Source: Eledone cirrhosa
Taxonomy: Eukaryota
Assembly: GCA_964016885.1 (NCBI GenBank)
Contig: OZ024742.1
Coordinates: 116,312,001 to 116,376,000 of the forward strand
Reading direction: 5' to 3'
DNA length: 64,000 bases
Positions within the stretch are counted from its first letter, which is position 1. Each line of letters begins with the position of its first letter. The notes beneath the pieces are model-generated. The model ran no database searches. It was not told the DNA's origin and was given only the letters and a program-made list of their open reading frames with translations. A program made the translations under genes and the position numbers. Positions 13,354 through 28,164 of the stretch are shown here, piece by piece.

Positions 13354-13359
<6 letters not shown>
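13302..13359 (-). ncRNA. Degenerate type I hammerhead ribozyme (family of 22088)
   Basis: atac-CTGAAGA-tgtaaccggattc...ctggctact-GAGA-tgagca-TA-gtgt; GAAA has mutated to GAGA. Confidence 0.6.
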
Positions 13360-13444
<85 letters not shown>

Positions 13445-15251
13445 TATATATATATATTTGAAAAAAGCAAAAGAATGACTTCACTTGTAGTTCTAAACAA
13501 TTTGATTTAATTTCATATCATAATATTATGAGTTGGTAGATCTAGTAAATTGTTTGTTAACTTCGGTGGGAATATTTTTTAAAGATTCCTGGTTAACTTA
13601 CTTGGATAACTTTCTCCCATTCGTCGGTGGCGATTGTCAAACTGAGATCAGGTTGTTTGGTAATGTGTGACTCTATATATGAGAGATGTAGATGTGACTA
13701 GGAGGTTGGGTGGGGTGTTAATGAGTGTGGTATTTGATGAAGATTTAAAGGAATTAAAGCATACACATATACACACATGCATATATATATATATACGCAT
13801 ATACACATATATACACATATACACAGAAAATGGGGAATGGTGGCAGCAAGATAACTGATGGGAGTGCTGTTGAGTTTTCTTAAAGAGTGTTTAAGAAAAG
13901 GGCTGTAAAAGTGCCCTCCGGCTGGTTCCATTTGAATAAAGGACCTTTGATAAATATAATGGCAGGATGTTTATCAGATCCGTTACTTATAGCTGAATCA
14001 ACTCTCTTAAATTTATAATGAATACCATCACCAATTTTATATATACGAGTATATATATATATATATATGTGTGTGTGTGAATGATTGCTAAATGAATGTC
14101 CATAGAATTTGTATTCATATCTAATGAGTAAATTAAAATCGATAATGCAAACATAATTTTTGCGTATCGATTACTTTCCATAAAAAGTCATCAGGAATTT
14201 AAAAAGGGAATCAAAATGTTCCATAGAAATGGTGAAGCATAGAGTATGATTAATCTGAAACATGAGACATAACCATAATCATACCTGTTACGTACTCCGA
14301 ATAATATGAAACATTTAGAAAAGTAATGTTAAAACGAAACGAGATATAAAATAGAGGTCAGTAGTCGCTACTATACATGCCGTCTCTAAAGGGACGTTGT
14401 CTGATTTTCTAATCTATTTATAGCAATCATCTGCATTGATAGTAGTATTCTGAGTTTGAGTTTCAAATATGTTCTATGAACATCATAATAATCTGCCAGG
14501 CCTTCGAAAGTTCGAACTTTATATAGGATTTTGATTTCATACAAATATGTTTATTTACCTCCTAATTTAGAGGTGAATGTAGTCAGGGACAGCCGGTATA
14601 TAAAGGATATGAAGTTCAATTATTCATAGTGACCGTTTGCCACATTCAATTCATCTATAAGAGGTACTTCTTTCCCTCTCACATCTTTTTTCGTCATATC
14701 TGTCTCTCCCCCACTCTTCCTTTCTCCTTCTTGCTGCTTCTTTGCTTCTCTTCCTTTTCCCCATGCCCGTCGCTCTTACTTGCCGCTTCCACTTGCTACC
14801 ACATCTGCAGCGCCAGAACTTGTCCTTTCTAGCGACGTCTTAGTGTTGAGCGTACGCATTTTACTTCTCTCTCTGATCTATCTGTCTGTCAAACTAATTT
14901 ATTCGGTTTATCACGCATGCATCATGCCAGCAGAAATATTTATTTTCTACTGCAAGAGCCGGCAATTTTATGTAATCATTTCAAGTTAAATCGTGCGAAA
15001 CTACAGACGGTCTGAGATCCAATGAGGTGAAAGGATGTTTATATGATCTTGTCTCGTTCATTTCCCTCCTTTACTCTTTTCTTCCTATCAATACTGCGAG
15101 CCAACACTGTCTTTTGCGGCAATTTTTACCCGACGGCGTCAATGACTGAATTTTGGTATTTTTACAGCTATTTTTGCGTTGAACTTTTCGCATTATTCTA
15201 TGATTTCTAATACAATAACGGTTCAATCAGATCTTCGAGAAAACTTTGTTC

Positions 15252-15283
<32 letters not shown>

Positions 15284-15299
15284 ATAAACGCACCCAGAC

Positions 15300-15343
<44 letters not shown>

Positions 15344-15871
15344 TTACGTATGTGTGCATGTGTGTACGTATACAATTCAATAAGTACGTATATTAGATTA
15401 ATTAATTATCAATGCCTCTCTCCTTGCGTATTTTATATTCAATTAAAAACGTAATTAAACAATATTGTCTCTCAACAAACAGTTTGAAGAATTTGCTGAT
15501 TTAGAAGCAATCACACCTCATCACAAGCTTATAGGTTGTAAGTAATCAAATGATTCCATTAACACCACAACCTCTCCACCATCTCTACCACCTCTACTGC
15601 CTTCACTTCCGTCAACACCCCTCTAGAATCGGCATTACCCACATATCATGTGAATGGGAAAATAGCGCGACGGAAAAAATTATTTTGTGCTATTTTTCCG
15701 ACTCCGTTCCATCTGAGGTAGATTCCTGCTGAGGAAACTTTGTGTTCATGAATCTGGGGTCAATAAAATAGTGGAGTAACCCAATTCAACCAATTCAACA
15801 TACACCTCCCTAAATTCCAGGCCTGTCTTTCTTAATCATTATTCTAATCTTGAATGGCATTCTCACACACA

Positions 15872-15990
<119 letters not shown>

Positions 15991-16524
15991 GCTATTCACG
16001 GATGGATATATTTTTCACTTATGGTTATCTACACCGAGTTATCTTGAGAAACAGGAGCAGAAAATAAAATATATTATAAGATAACAAAATAATTTAACGT
16101 TAATTTTTATGTCTCAACCAGGCACAGTGCCACCATATTTATGAGAAGAGCAAAGTTGATAATCGCAAATCCATTACGTGATTGATACCTTATTTTATCG
16201 ACCCCGGGCAGATGAAATGCAAAGTTAATCACGATGGGACTTAAAGATGAAAATCAACTTTTTTTATTTTTAAATTGAAATAGTGTATACTACAGAGTCA
16301 AGTTAGGAAAAGGTACGAGTGCGGGATAATGGCATTAGGTGGAACTCTTGAAGACCTTCACCTGAACACGCGTACTGAAAAAAGTACAGAGTGTGCAGCT
16401 CAAGCGGTCTAAAAAATAAAAAAAAACAATGAGAGAATGGTGGGGGATTTAAGGTATATAGCGGTATCAAAATTATGAGATGGAGGTAATATACGTTTGT
16501 GTGTGTATAAATATATATATATGT

Positions 16525-17131
16525 GGTGGCTGCCAACTCGTTTTCGAGTACGGCCACTACTTTATATCCATGTAGGAGAACCCTACCGATGCGCTGAACG
16601 AGTGTGACTTTTTAGTGCAGCCAGCGACTTGAAAACTCTGATACAAACACTACACTTGTGACAATTATTGACACATAGTGCTGGGCCCATGGTACCATGA
16701 GACGACAAGTGCAGAGAGATCTCCAGATATAAAGCAATGCCTGTGCCGTGAAGCTTTTATAGTGAGCAAAGGCACTGCACAAAGCCAGTCCCACTCTCTT
16801 AACAAAGATGATATTTACCAAAAAGAAGAACAAGTCAACATCACTGGATACCATCAGGGTTGCAGGTGTTATATCAGAGTTTACCTTCTCCTAGAATTCT
16901 GCCTTGACAAAGGCTAAGGGGTCATCTCTCCCTGTGATTTTGGATGGCCATTGACTCTTAAGAGCTCCTTTGCCCTTTGACAGGTTTTGTTTTTAGTCCT
17001 GCAGGATATCCCCAGTCACCCTCCTCACAAAGAAACCTTGGTGGGGTTGCCAGTTTAGTCGCCAATGACCCGACCATGAGACAGGTTGTACTGGGATACA
17101 TGTTACCAGTAGCACCAGCTGGTGACCTGAC
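16525..17131 (-). mobile_element. ~600-bp non-autonomous RTE-like element (UTR-like 5' part joined to a LINE 3' end with a C2H2 finger), inserted in (TA)n
   Basis: High similarity to 45787-46391. The minus-strand 3' part encodes [23 protein letters not shown] (C-x2-C-x12-H-x4-H; stop at 16583-16585), typical of RTE-clade ORF C-termini. Confidence 0.7.
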
Positions 17132-17254
17132 ATATATATATATACATACATACATACATATAAACGTATATATACAATACATACATACATACACACACAC
17201 GCAGATGTATAAAGATACAATACATACATAAACACTGATACACACACATACGCA

Positions 17255-17339
<85 letters not shown>

Positions 17340-17459
17340 ATATATATATGCAAAAGAAACCAAAGAACGCTTACATATGTACATTGAGCTAACACAATAC
17401 TGCAATAATACAGTAAGGTGAGTAGGTGTTTATGCACATACGCTCCGCACTTTACGTAA

Positions 17460-17558
<99 letters not shown>

Positions 17559-17689
17559 CATATATATGTGTGTGTGAGTGTGTTTTATGTATTTGCTTTG
17601 AAATAATCTTGGTATGAAATCTTTTGCTGAAACAAGATGCTTCTATATTTTGCCAGTAGATGCACACTCACTAATCGATTCTTATTTGA

Positions 17690-18200
17690 GATGTATTATT
17701 AGTTATTAGTCGACGATAACCCAGTAGGGGAATTAGCCAATTGTTTTCGAAAAGCCTTGGTAAACTGACTCTAGGAATTAAAGTAGTATACAAGCCAGGA
17801 ACTCCCATAAAATCCCTAATCAGTAGGATGCACCTTTTAAAAGAAACTTTCAAATAGGAATTCTATAGTGTGTAGGGAAATCCCACAGTTAAACTGCAAA
17901 ACTAGGAATGTTGTCATTCGGATAAGATGTACAGAGGAGTGCAACAGAAATATGACATTGACATATATAGGAAAGGTAGACCGTAGCGTAGGAGAGAGGA
18001 TAAAGCAAAACTGGCGAAAACTTAAGGAGGGAAAATTCTCGTCAGTGTTAAACTAGCAGGCAAAAGTAGAAGATGGGATCTCGATAGATAACATAGAAGT
18101 TATGATACTATCAACACATAGAACCGACATTGCACTCAGGCAAATTATGAAGGCCTTACACATAATAGAATGTAGACCGAGCCTCAATAGAAAACGCTAA
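17690..18200 (+). pseudogene. Penelope-like GIY-YIG endonuclease remnant
   Basis: NCKTRNVVIRIRCTEECNRNMTLTYIGKVDRSVGERIKQ matches the PLE pattern NC...NVVY.I.C..C....YIG.T.R.L..R..EH; downstream ALHIIECRPSLNR matches E...I....PSLN. Confidence 0.7.
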
Positions 18201-19039
18201 TGGAATAGTAACACCCTCACCACACTAACTAACTACTTAAGACAGAATAAGACCAATGACATGAAAAAAGAAAGATATATATACAAGTAATGCAATACAC
18301 AACCCCTGCTCTCCCAGACCCACAAGACACACAAACAGAGATAAACACATAGACACACATAAAGGACCAATCGCAAACACATAAGCAGAGAAAAAACATA
18401 CGACAGAAAGATATGATATAGTTATCAGAAGACAAAAAAGAATGGGAAACACATACACGGAGAAGAACATCAAAGGGTCATCGAAGAGGCAACCGAATGT
18501 GTGATCAAAGAGCCTTGACAAACTAATAACTAATAACCTGTGTTTTTATTGGCAAAATCACCATACCCAAATATAACAATATATATGTGTGTGTTTGTGT
18601 GTGTGTGCGTGCGTGCGTGTGCGTGTGTGTACATGTGTGTGTATGTGTGTGTACATGTGTGTGAAGCCGAATTGGCAACGTCGCAAAGTTGATGGAAAGA
18701 ATGATTTGTGGTATTTGCTCTGTATCTCTGCGCATTGTGAGTTCAGATCTCACCAAGATCAAGTGAGCCTGCGATCATTTCTTTATTGCTAAAACATTTT
18801 ACCAGTACAGTACAGGATTGATTCCTCCTATACATCTATTTTCCTTATTCATCTCTCACATTATTTTCCCTCTTAAATAAATCTATTAGGTCCTGGCCAG
18901 AGAAGAAATGGTTTCAGTCAGGTTTTAAAAATGCCCAAGAAACAACATATACACATATACACATACGAACATATACACATACATAGACACATACGCACAC
19001 ATACACATATATATATGTGTACATATATATATGTTTAAT

Positions 19040-19390
19040 GTGCTACACGAGAATGCTGAGGTTGACTCTGAACATTAATCAGTATACACTGAGGATGAAA
19101 AATTCAGAGCTGTATGGGAGCATCCCAAAAGTCAGCTCAAAAGTGACACAGAGGAGACTGAAGTTAGCTGGACATGCTCACCGACATCCAGAGTTGACAT
19201 TGCACTCAGTGCTCCTTTGGGAGCCCCTACATGGACACACTAGAAGAGGAAGACCAAGGTTAACGTATGTTGATACCCTAAGGACAGACAGTGGTCTGTT
19301 AGAGATGCAGGACATGGCAGCGATAATGAGGGACAGAGACCGCTGGAGAGACGCCGTCCATGGATCTCGTGAATTTTACCCGCCTTAGAT
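19040..19390 (+). mobile_element. 5'-truncated RTE/RTEX-type LINE 3' end
   Basis: CYTRMLR...RRLKLAGHAHRHPE...[20 protein letters not shown]...MRDRDRWR is the typical RTE-group C-terminus; flanked by (TA)n. Confidence 0.8.
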
Positions 19391-19400
19391 ATATATATGT

Positions 19401-19519
<119 letters not shown>

Positions 19520-19562
19520 TATATACTACGGGTATGTATATATATATATATATATATATATT

Positions 19563-19683
19563 CATGGATGTAATTTTGTGAAGATAATTTGTATACTATG
19601 TGTGTGTATATATATATATATTTAATGATATATATATATACACACACATAGTATACAAATTATCTTCACAAAATTACATCCAT
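19563..19683. repeat. Inverted repeat centred on a (TA)n tract
   Basis: atggatgtaattttgtgaagataatttgtatactatgtgtgtg ... cacacacatagtatacaaattatcttcacaaaattacatccat. Confidence 0.85.
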
Positions 19684-19782
19684 CTTTCTACAACACATAC
19701 GTATTCATACTCTGTCATCCCTGCATACCCATATGCTTCAATATAATTTCATTTCCCGAAAGAACGTATTACTACAAACACA

Positions 19783-19870
<88 letters not shown>

Positions 19871-20125
19871 ATGTATATATATACGTTTTCCTGTGTGTGC
19901 CAATATATATATATGTGTATGTATGCAGGGACGTTTATGTCTATGTGTTTACGAAAGCGTTTGTGTGTGTGTGTTTGCATAATTTAATATAGTTATAATT
20001 GATATATTTATTAATGTTTGCATTGATATAGGGATGTGTGCGGATGTGTTTGTTTACTGATGTTTACTTAGCGGCCTGTTTCAAGTAAACGAATGACTAT
20101 TAGATATCAAAGTCATTTCCAGTCG

Positions 20126-20145
20126 AGTAGTAGTAGTAGTAGTAA

Positions 20146-20225
<80 letters not shown>
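20126..20225. repeat. (TAG)n microsatellite
   Basis: Direct reading; similar tracts at 29372-29500, 32275-32333 and 53995-54093. Confidence 0.95.
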
Positions 20226-20611
20226 TGGACATGAACAAGAACTCTAAAACTGATGAAGAAATAAATATAAAACGTATTTGATGTGGTACCATATTCAAAT
20301 GAGCAAAGGCGTAAATGAAAACCTCTAATTATTATTTAGAAATGGAGTGGAGGAAAAGATAGTTAGAGAGAAGACGACATATTTGTTTTCATGAAAGTTA
20401 CTGTTTGATTTTTATTTGTAGCCTACATTAAATAGTGTCAATATAATAAAAAGTTTCGTGCAATATAAGCTCATCATATTTTATATGTGAGTGTGTGTGA
20501 GTATGTGTGTGTGTATGTGTGTGTGAATACACTAGCATATCAAACATAATTTTCTGGAATTTTATATTTACAAAGGGATATATCAAAAAATGTATTAATG
20601 TTTTCCATTTA

Positions 20612-21010
20612 GGGCGGTGGATTGGCTGTATCGGTAGAGGGTCGGAGGCCATTCTTTTCAGCAAAGAGTTACGGCCCCTTATGATCTGAGTTCAAATCCC
20701 GCCAAGGTTAACTTTGCCTTTCATCCTTACGGGGTCGATAAAATAAAGTACTAGTAATACACTGAGATAATTGCTGGCCTTGTGCCAAAAGTAGAAACAA
20801 TTATTAGCGATAAACGATGAATTCGCAAGACCGAGAGTGAGCGTCGGAGCAGTATCGGTAAAGAGTTGGAGGTCATGTTTGCAGCATAGAGTTATGGCCC
20901 TATACGGCCTGATTTCAAATCCCACCAATTTTAACTTTGCCTCTCATCCTTACGGGGTCGATAAAATAAGGCACCAGTAATGCACTGGATAATTGTGCCA
21001 CAAGTAGAAA
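20612..21010 (+). mobile_element. Two SINE family A copies (20612-20803, ~20848-21010)
   Basis: ggcggtggattggctgtatcggtagag head, gagttcaaatccc B box and conserved core. Confidence 0.85.
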
Positions 21011-21366
21011 AGATGAATTACGTTATGGTTATTTTACATTCAGCGATCAGATCTCGCACTATCAGATATGTAGTTGAGTATGTCTGACCATCTGTACCCA
21101 CATACATACACATACGTAACAAAGGTTGTGTCTTGTCACACAGCCAAGGAGAATAACGCTTAATCTATTGTAAGAAGCTAATTTAATATGAATCAAATGC
21201 CATATACTTCATATGTTTGCATGACCATAGGTTCCGGGGTTTAGTTATGACTCCCACAAAATAGTGGAGGATCTGTTCTAATACTCGCATCTCATAGGAC
21301 CAAATTCTGGATTCCGAAACCTAAGGACATGCATAAAAGCTAATTTATATGAAATTATAATGATAC

Positions 21367-21462
<96 letters not shown>

Positions 21463-22087
21463 AAAAATTAAATTAATTTCCATTTCTTTCGCTGGACGAC
21501 ACTTGGTTAGGAGGTGCTGGCTGGGATTCACATTCGAAGGCTTTAATCTTTATCCCACCCTGATATCTTATTGAGATTAACTTTTTCATATAAGACTCTC
21601 TCTGTAAGTTCATTAAATAATTTTGTTTATTTATTTTCCAATTTTCAATTTATTATTTTTTAATTTAATTTCATCCTATAACTCGTAACATAAGTTTAAC
21701 GTTCCAAATTTCTGTTCACACTTTAGACCATACAGACACCCATTATATATGCCTTTGTTAAAATATAGATTCTTTAGAATAACATTTTACGCGGCGTTTT
21801 CTAGCTTGACTGTAGTGTGACCCTTACGCTGACTTCTTTATTTCTTTTTTCTTCCTTTTTTTTTCTTTCTCTCTTGGTTCCCCTTTTTTATTCTTTAACG
21901 GAGAGGTGGTTGTACATTATAAGCCTTCTCCCCCTCACCAGATGGTCATTAGCAGATCGAGTTGCCATCACCTTCAGGGTGACTGGCCGAGGTGAAGACA
22001 GCTAGTTGGTCAGTCGTCCTCTCTGTCTCTGATTTTTCGGACCCATTGGTTTTTACATATTCCTTTGTTATATTTGTTATATTTCGA

Positions 22088-22145
22088 ATACCTGATGATA
22101 TCACCGGATTCATGTGGAACCCGGTCATTGAAATGATCATAGTAT
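22088..22145 (+). ncRNA. Type I hammerhead ribozyme with palindromic minimal stem III
   Basis: Stem I atac/gtat; CTGATGA 22092-22098; stem II accgg/ccggt; GAAA 22130-22133; stem III tgatca; cleavage triplet AUA; AATAAA immediately downstream. Confidence 0.85.
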
Positions 22146-22184
22146 AATAAACCATTCAAGGATTTACACCAGTCCAGCCTCCTG

Positions 22185-22240
<56 letters not shown>

Positions 22241-22431
22241 GTGTGTGTGTGTGTGTGCGTGTGTGTGTGTGTGTGTATGTGTTTGTTTGTGTATGTGTGT
22301 ATATATATGTACTGGAGTATATATATATATATATATACATTACTCTTTTACTCGGTTACCTGTTCCAACCATCATGATGGGGCATCGCCGTTGGATATAT
22401 ATATATAAGGAGAGACACACATACAAACCTA

Positions 22432-22474
22432 GTCACAGAGGACGTCACATAATGTGTGACGAAAGAGCTTTGAC
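22432..22474 (+). ncRNA. Degenerate type I hammerhead ribozyme
   Basis: gtca-CAGAGGA-c-gtcaca/tgtgac-GAAA-gagc-TT-tgac; core U4 changed to A. Confidence 0.5.
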
Positions 22475-22708
22475 AATATATAACCTGCCAACAAACCGGA
22501 AATGTGTAATAAATTGAAGTAAAACCAGCAGGTGCATGTGCTTATAATAATGACATGACCCTCCCAAGGAATAACAATATTTGTCTCAACACACGTTTTC
22601 AGATAGGGTATCTCGCAAAAAAACACATATATAAAGCAATGGTGTTTCATTTTTCTTTCTCTATATATATATATGTATATATTCCAATCGCTCCTTTTCA
22701 TGTCAGAA

Positions 22709-22787
<79 letters not shown>

Positions 22788-22790
<3 letters not shown>

Positions 22791-23356
22791 GCTAAAGTAC
22801 CCGTCCTTTGGACTGTTCAAGTAGCTTTCGATGTAGCTCATTAAACTAAACAAAGTAAATTTGAATACATAGAAGAAAAGCGTACTTTATGTATAATGTA
22901 TGAACACCAAGCTTGAAACGATAAATTATACAATGTCAAATCTGTAACTTAACTTAGCAATCTGTTGGAAATTGCTGGTTGTGAAATATACAAAATGATA
23001 TTGTTAGTCTCACGGAAGCGTACCTTTTGTTTCAAGTACAAAGAGTAAAGTAAAATCCGAATGAGCCGAATTTTAATAATTAAAATCCCAAAACAAAATG
23101 TTTGACAACATCAAAAATGAGTTACTATTGTATTGACTAAAGATAATTCTTGTTTTATTTAATCACGAAAATTGACACAAATAACCGAAACTTTTTTAAT
23201 GTCTCTAAAGGCCCCAATATCGATCTTTGAAAGCCTTTGTAGATAATGTATAGGTTTTGTGCACGGAGAAGATCTGTAAAAAATGTCAAAGAAATCGCAT
23301 GAATGGTTTAAAAATTGTCCACACACACAGAAAATTCAACTTTATATATATACAGA
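22788..23356 (-). mobile_element. Decayed non-autonomous Helitron
   Basis: Same layout as 37576-38426: minus-strand TC-tgtatatatataaa start, subterminal GC hairpin remnant (cccgtcc/ggactg), terminal CTAG mutated to CTAC. Confidence 0.5.
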
Positions 23357-25057
23357 TGTGTATGTGTGTGTGTGTGTGTGTTTGAGTGTGTGTGCCTGTC
23401 TGTATGTGTCTGTGTGTCTGTGTATGAAGGTATATAGACTACACAATTACACACATCTACTTTTTATTTGAGAAATTTTTTACAAGTATTTTATAATTAT
23501 GTTTAACAATCAGCTATGTTGATCACGTGAATTACGTGACTTCAATATTTCAATATTATAGGAAACAGCATGGCCACACCCCACAGGCTGTAACCAGTGA
23601 AAAACATAAAAGTTCTCTCATAGACAAGATGATATAGTATACTTCATAAGCTATAATCTAATAAGTTTTCTTCGAATTTTTTCTCCTTTACTTCCAACTA
23701 TGTTTTAATATCCTATTAATACCGTGCTGTCTTTCATTTTCAAAAGCTTTGTGGTCTTTCCTTCCCCGTCTTTCAATTGATTAACTCTGTGCTAGACAAA
23801 CGACATTTTTCAGTTAGATAAACAGTCTCCGCAGTGAGTCAAAGGGAAGGAGCCTCTATGTGGTTACTCAATTTGTCAGAAATCGTAGCTAAAATTCCCT
23901 CAAATCACAACTGTCTTTAGATTACAAGGTCTTGTTGATAGTGTGGTACTTGCTACACTATCACTAAAACTGTAATGCAGGGATTATGGATGCAAAGCAT
24001 ACGTCCATAGATTTGTTTGAATAAAAGAGACTGGAACCTGGGATGCCACATGCTGTTTCACGTTCTCCGTCTCCAAATTAGTCGGTTCGAGCACAAACCC
24101 TGATACAGAGGCCCGCAATGCAGATGAGAAGAAGACAAGGAAAGACCGAATCTTGTGCGGCCACTTCCTTTTCGCACAGGTCACCGACTAGACCTCAGGC
24201 GAGCTCCTCCATAAAATCCGAACGTCAACAGCCAACCCGAGGAAGGATCCCCGCGAGATGGTGTAGCCGTTGCAGTGGATTTCGCTGCCCATTATCCACA
24301 AAAATGCCTTTGTAGTTTTGTCCACGGAGAGCAGCTGAAAACGTACCCCGCCCTAGGCATAAAGCCCATCACTCTCTCAGATTCCCCCTCCTTTTCGTCC
24401 GTAGCCCAAGGAATCTTGCTTTTTTCCTCCTTCTGTTTTCATTTATGGCGTTTGTAGTCTTTTCCTCTACTTTCCCATACAGACAGATTTGCTCCTCTTT
24501 AAACCTTTTCTTACTGAATTTTGTTTTCATCTTTCTTTTTCCTATTTTCATCATTGTATAACTTCGTTTGGTAGAATATATTTGACACAATAAACGTTTC
24601 CAACAATAACACCAACAATAACCGGCATTCAATTTTAATAAATTAAACTATCTCCATTCTTTTACTGAATCTCTTTTAAATCCCACACTACTGTCTTCAG
24701 AAAAAAAAGGCATACAGTTATATTGTCTTCGTATCCATGCACATGGTCTTAAAGTCGCTAAAAAACGTTGATCTCCAGTTAAACAAGAGCAACGATGAAA
24801 ACGACAACGTGCACATACACAAACGTTTGTCCTGCTAGAAATATCAGCCAAATATCTATGAATATCACCTTCCTCTCTTAAATGAGAAAATGTCACATTA
24901 AAGTATATAGTATGGCACACAATAACTATAGCGAAATGTTCATGCGTGATAAACACACATATATATATATATATGATTTTATCACAAATGAAAATTTCGT
25001 TTCACTATATATATATATAAATACAGAGAGAGAGAGAGAGTGAGAGTGAGAGAGAGA

Positions 25058-25144
<87 letters not shown>

Positions 25145-25495
25145 TGTAGGAAATAATTCTATTGGCCATTTCAGTTAAGTTTTGGTTTCGGGTTAACACA
25201 AATATCGTTAGCTATAAGTTCTCTTCGTGAGCGGAAAGAAAAGAATAATTCTCCTTTGATGCACACCAACTAATTATGAAACATCTAAACGTAATCTCTT
25301 ACGCTTTTCTGTTTACAAAGAAATATATTAACACTGGTTCTCTTTCCAAAGTGAAGCATATAATTTAACACTGAAGTTACACATACGATAAATGTATTTT
25401 ACTTTTCTCAATATACTATATATATATACATACATACATTCACACATGCACAAATACACGCACACACATACATAAATAAATACACACACACACAT

Positions 25496-25528
<33 letters not shown>

Positions 25529-26282
25529 CATACTTACATGAATAGATATATAAATATAAAGAGAAAGCATGTAACTTATACTTGGTACAAAAAAACAAGT
25601 AAAGTATATAAATACATCCAGATATGTGTAGGTAAAAATAATAGCAGAACCAAATGCAGCCTCACTTATATATTCACTGCGCAGCCTCAGCTGCAAGAAT
25701 CTGAATGACAGACACTTCCAGGCTCGACAATAAAAATGCTGCATTGCGTATAAATAGTGTGGTGAAGAATTCCTCTTGAAACGTAACATGAAAATCAGCT
25801 GCAATAGATGTATCGGCTCCTAAGTAATGCACGCTGAATTGATCATGCTAGGAAAAAAAAAGAAGATTATTATTGATTTCTTGAAAGCTATACAATTTAC
25901 TGATAGCAACATTACTTATGTGTGTGAGTATGTGTGTGTGTGCCAATGACTGTATGTCTGTCTGCATCCATATATATATATGTGTGCATATATATGCATA
26001 CGTAGATATATATGCATACGTAGATAAATATATGTGATGTTAGTGTGTGCGTGTGTTTGCGCGTGTGTGTGTGTGCATGTGTGAGAGAGTGTGTTTTTGT
26101 GAGTGTGTGTTTCTGGGTGTGTGTGCGTGTGTCAATGTGTCTGTTTGTATGTGTGTGGAGTTGCGTGTTTGTACATATGTGTGATACATGGGTACATATA
26201 TAAATTGTCATATAAGTATCCACTCATACATTTACTTTTATAAAACACAGACATAAACTATTTATTGCAATTATATGTGTAT

Positions 26283-26366
<84 letters not shown>

Positions 26367-26413
26367 AATAGTTAGGGGCAAATATCCAAGGGTGAGAGCA
26401 ATGAGAAAAATAA

Positions 26414-26467
26414 AAACAGGCTGAATGAGTTGGGGCAGAGAACCCAACGAAACTTGAGTACCTGTTT
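26414..26467 (+). ncRNA. Type I hammerhead ribozyme with a 1-nt core insertion (CUGAAUGA)
   Basis: Stem I aaacagg/cctgttt (7 bp); CTGAATGA; stem II gttggg/cccaac; GAAA; c-ttga-g; GUA triplet. Lies in a ~125-bp module between two (TA)n tracts. Confidence 0.85.
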
Positions 26468-26521
26468 AATCACTGTTGTAAGAATATATATATATATATA
26501 TATATATTCAGACACACACAC

Positions 26522-26557
<36 letters not shown>

Positions 26558-27605
26558 TAATGTACATATCTATGTATAGTCCTCATAAACCAGGTCGTGA
26601 TGTGAGCTTGCGCTTAAAAAGAAAGCATTCTGTTATTCTTGTATTCTTCATGGTAATACAATGTTACATATATGCATTCAACTTGAATTATTAAGAGACT
26701 TTTTTTCCTATGCAGCAGCCATCTGCTACATGGAGCGAGCTATCATTTATGAAACTGTCGATAAGAATAAAAACTTTCATATGAAGTTGATTTTTTATGC
26801 GACACAAACGCTATTGATTGAAATCTTAAATAGGTTAACACGTCCTTTTTAAGTGTGTGGACATGAATATGTCAGAAAAGAAATCACCTTGGGTGAGAGT
26901 TGTGCATTTGAAATGTATGGAAGCCAGACATAGCAGGGGCAGTCATCTGACATAATCTTACATTTTCTAGTGGTTGTGATTAATTCACTCAAGTTTTCGC
27001 TATTTTTGTATATTCTGTTATATTGCACTACCTTATATGTACTACATGTTTCTGTATATACCCAAAACTCATAGATGTATCATATGTGTTTATCTCGGAT
27101 ATGCAGAATACTGAGTGAGCATTTCGAAATGGGAGTTTGCATTACACATCTGATCTAGGTTAATTGCCAGCAACGTGGGCATATATTTCACATCTATCCT
27201 GAATCATGTTCCAGGACTGTGAGTCAAAGTTTCACATTTGACATGAACCAATTAGCAGTCATGTGGATCATCATTCTACATCCGGCGTGGACAACTTACC
27301 AGGTTTCCTTACACCTTGTTTTCTACATTACACGCTCTTAACAAGGTGGCGTCGGTAATATTATAGTTGTTGGTGTTATTAAGACCCTAGATAATGTTGA
27401 TACCTACAACGAACTGTTTTCTAGCCTAGAACAAAGTCAACTTTATCTGTATCCTAGACTATATTTTCCATTGAGCCCTTCCTATTTTACGACGGTAGGG
27501 TGTATTTTGGATGAGATTTGGTGGTTATTTCTAGCATATAGAGGATCACAAGTTGGTTTGATATGAAACTATTTCGGATATATCGAAGATATCTTTCCTT
27601 GAAAG

Positions 27606-27672
<67 letters not shown>

Positions 27673-27997
27673 GTGTGTGTGTGTCTGTGTGTGCGTGTGA
27701 TACTTGTTATATTTATGTATCAAATGTATAAATAACGGAGTTAAAACTCACATTAATCCCCTATAATCTAATTAGTTCAAGGAGTAGATTCCCAGCTCTT
27801 TATAAATCAACATATAGAGAGAAGTCCACACAGAGATGTGTTTAATCAATTTGATCCCCTATGATTAAATACATATCTGTGTGTACATCTCTCTATATGT
27901 TGATTTACATTTATGTATATATTTATATAAATTATATGTTATTATTTTCCCATTTTACGGCTTTCATTCATTAGACTGTGGCCATGCTAGGACATAT

Positions 27998-28082
<85 letters not shown>

Positions 28083-28164
28083 TATAACGAAGGAAATGTG
28101 GTAAGGAACCAGGTGGACCATAACGCACCAAAGTACTCAATACTTGGGGTAGTAGAGTGGGTAA

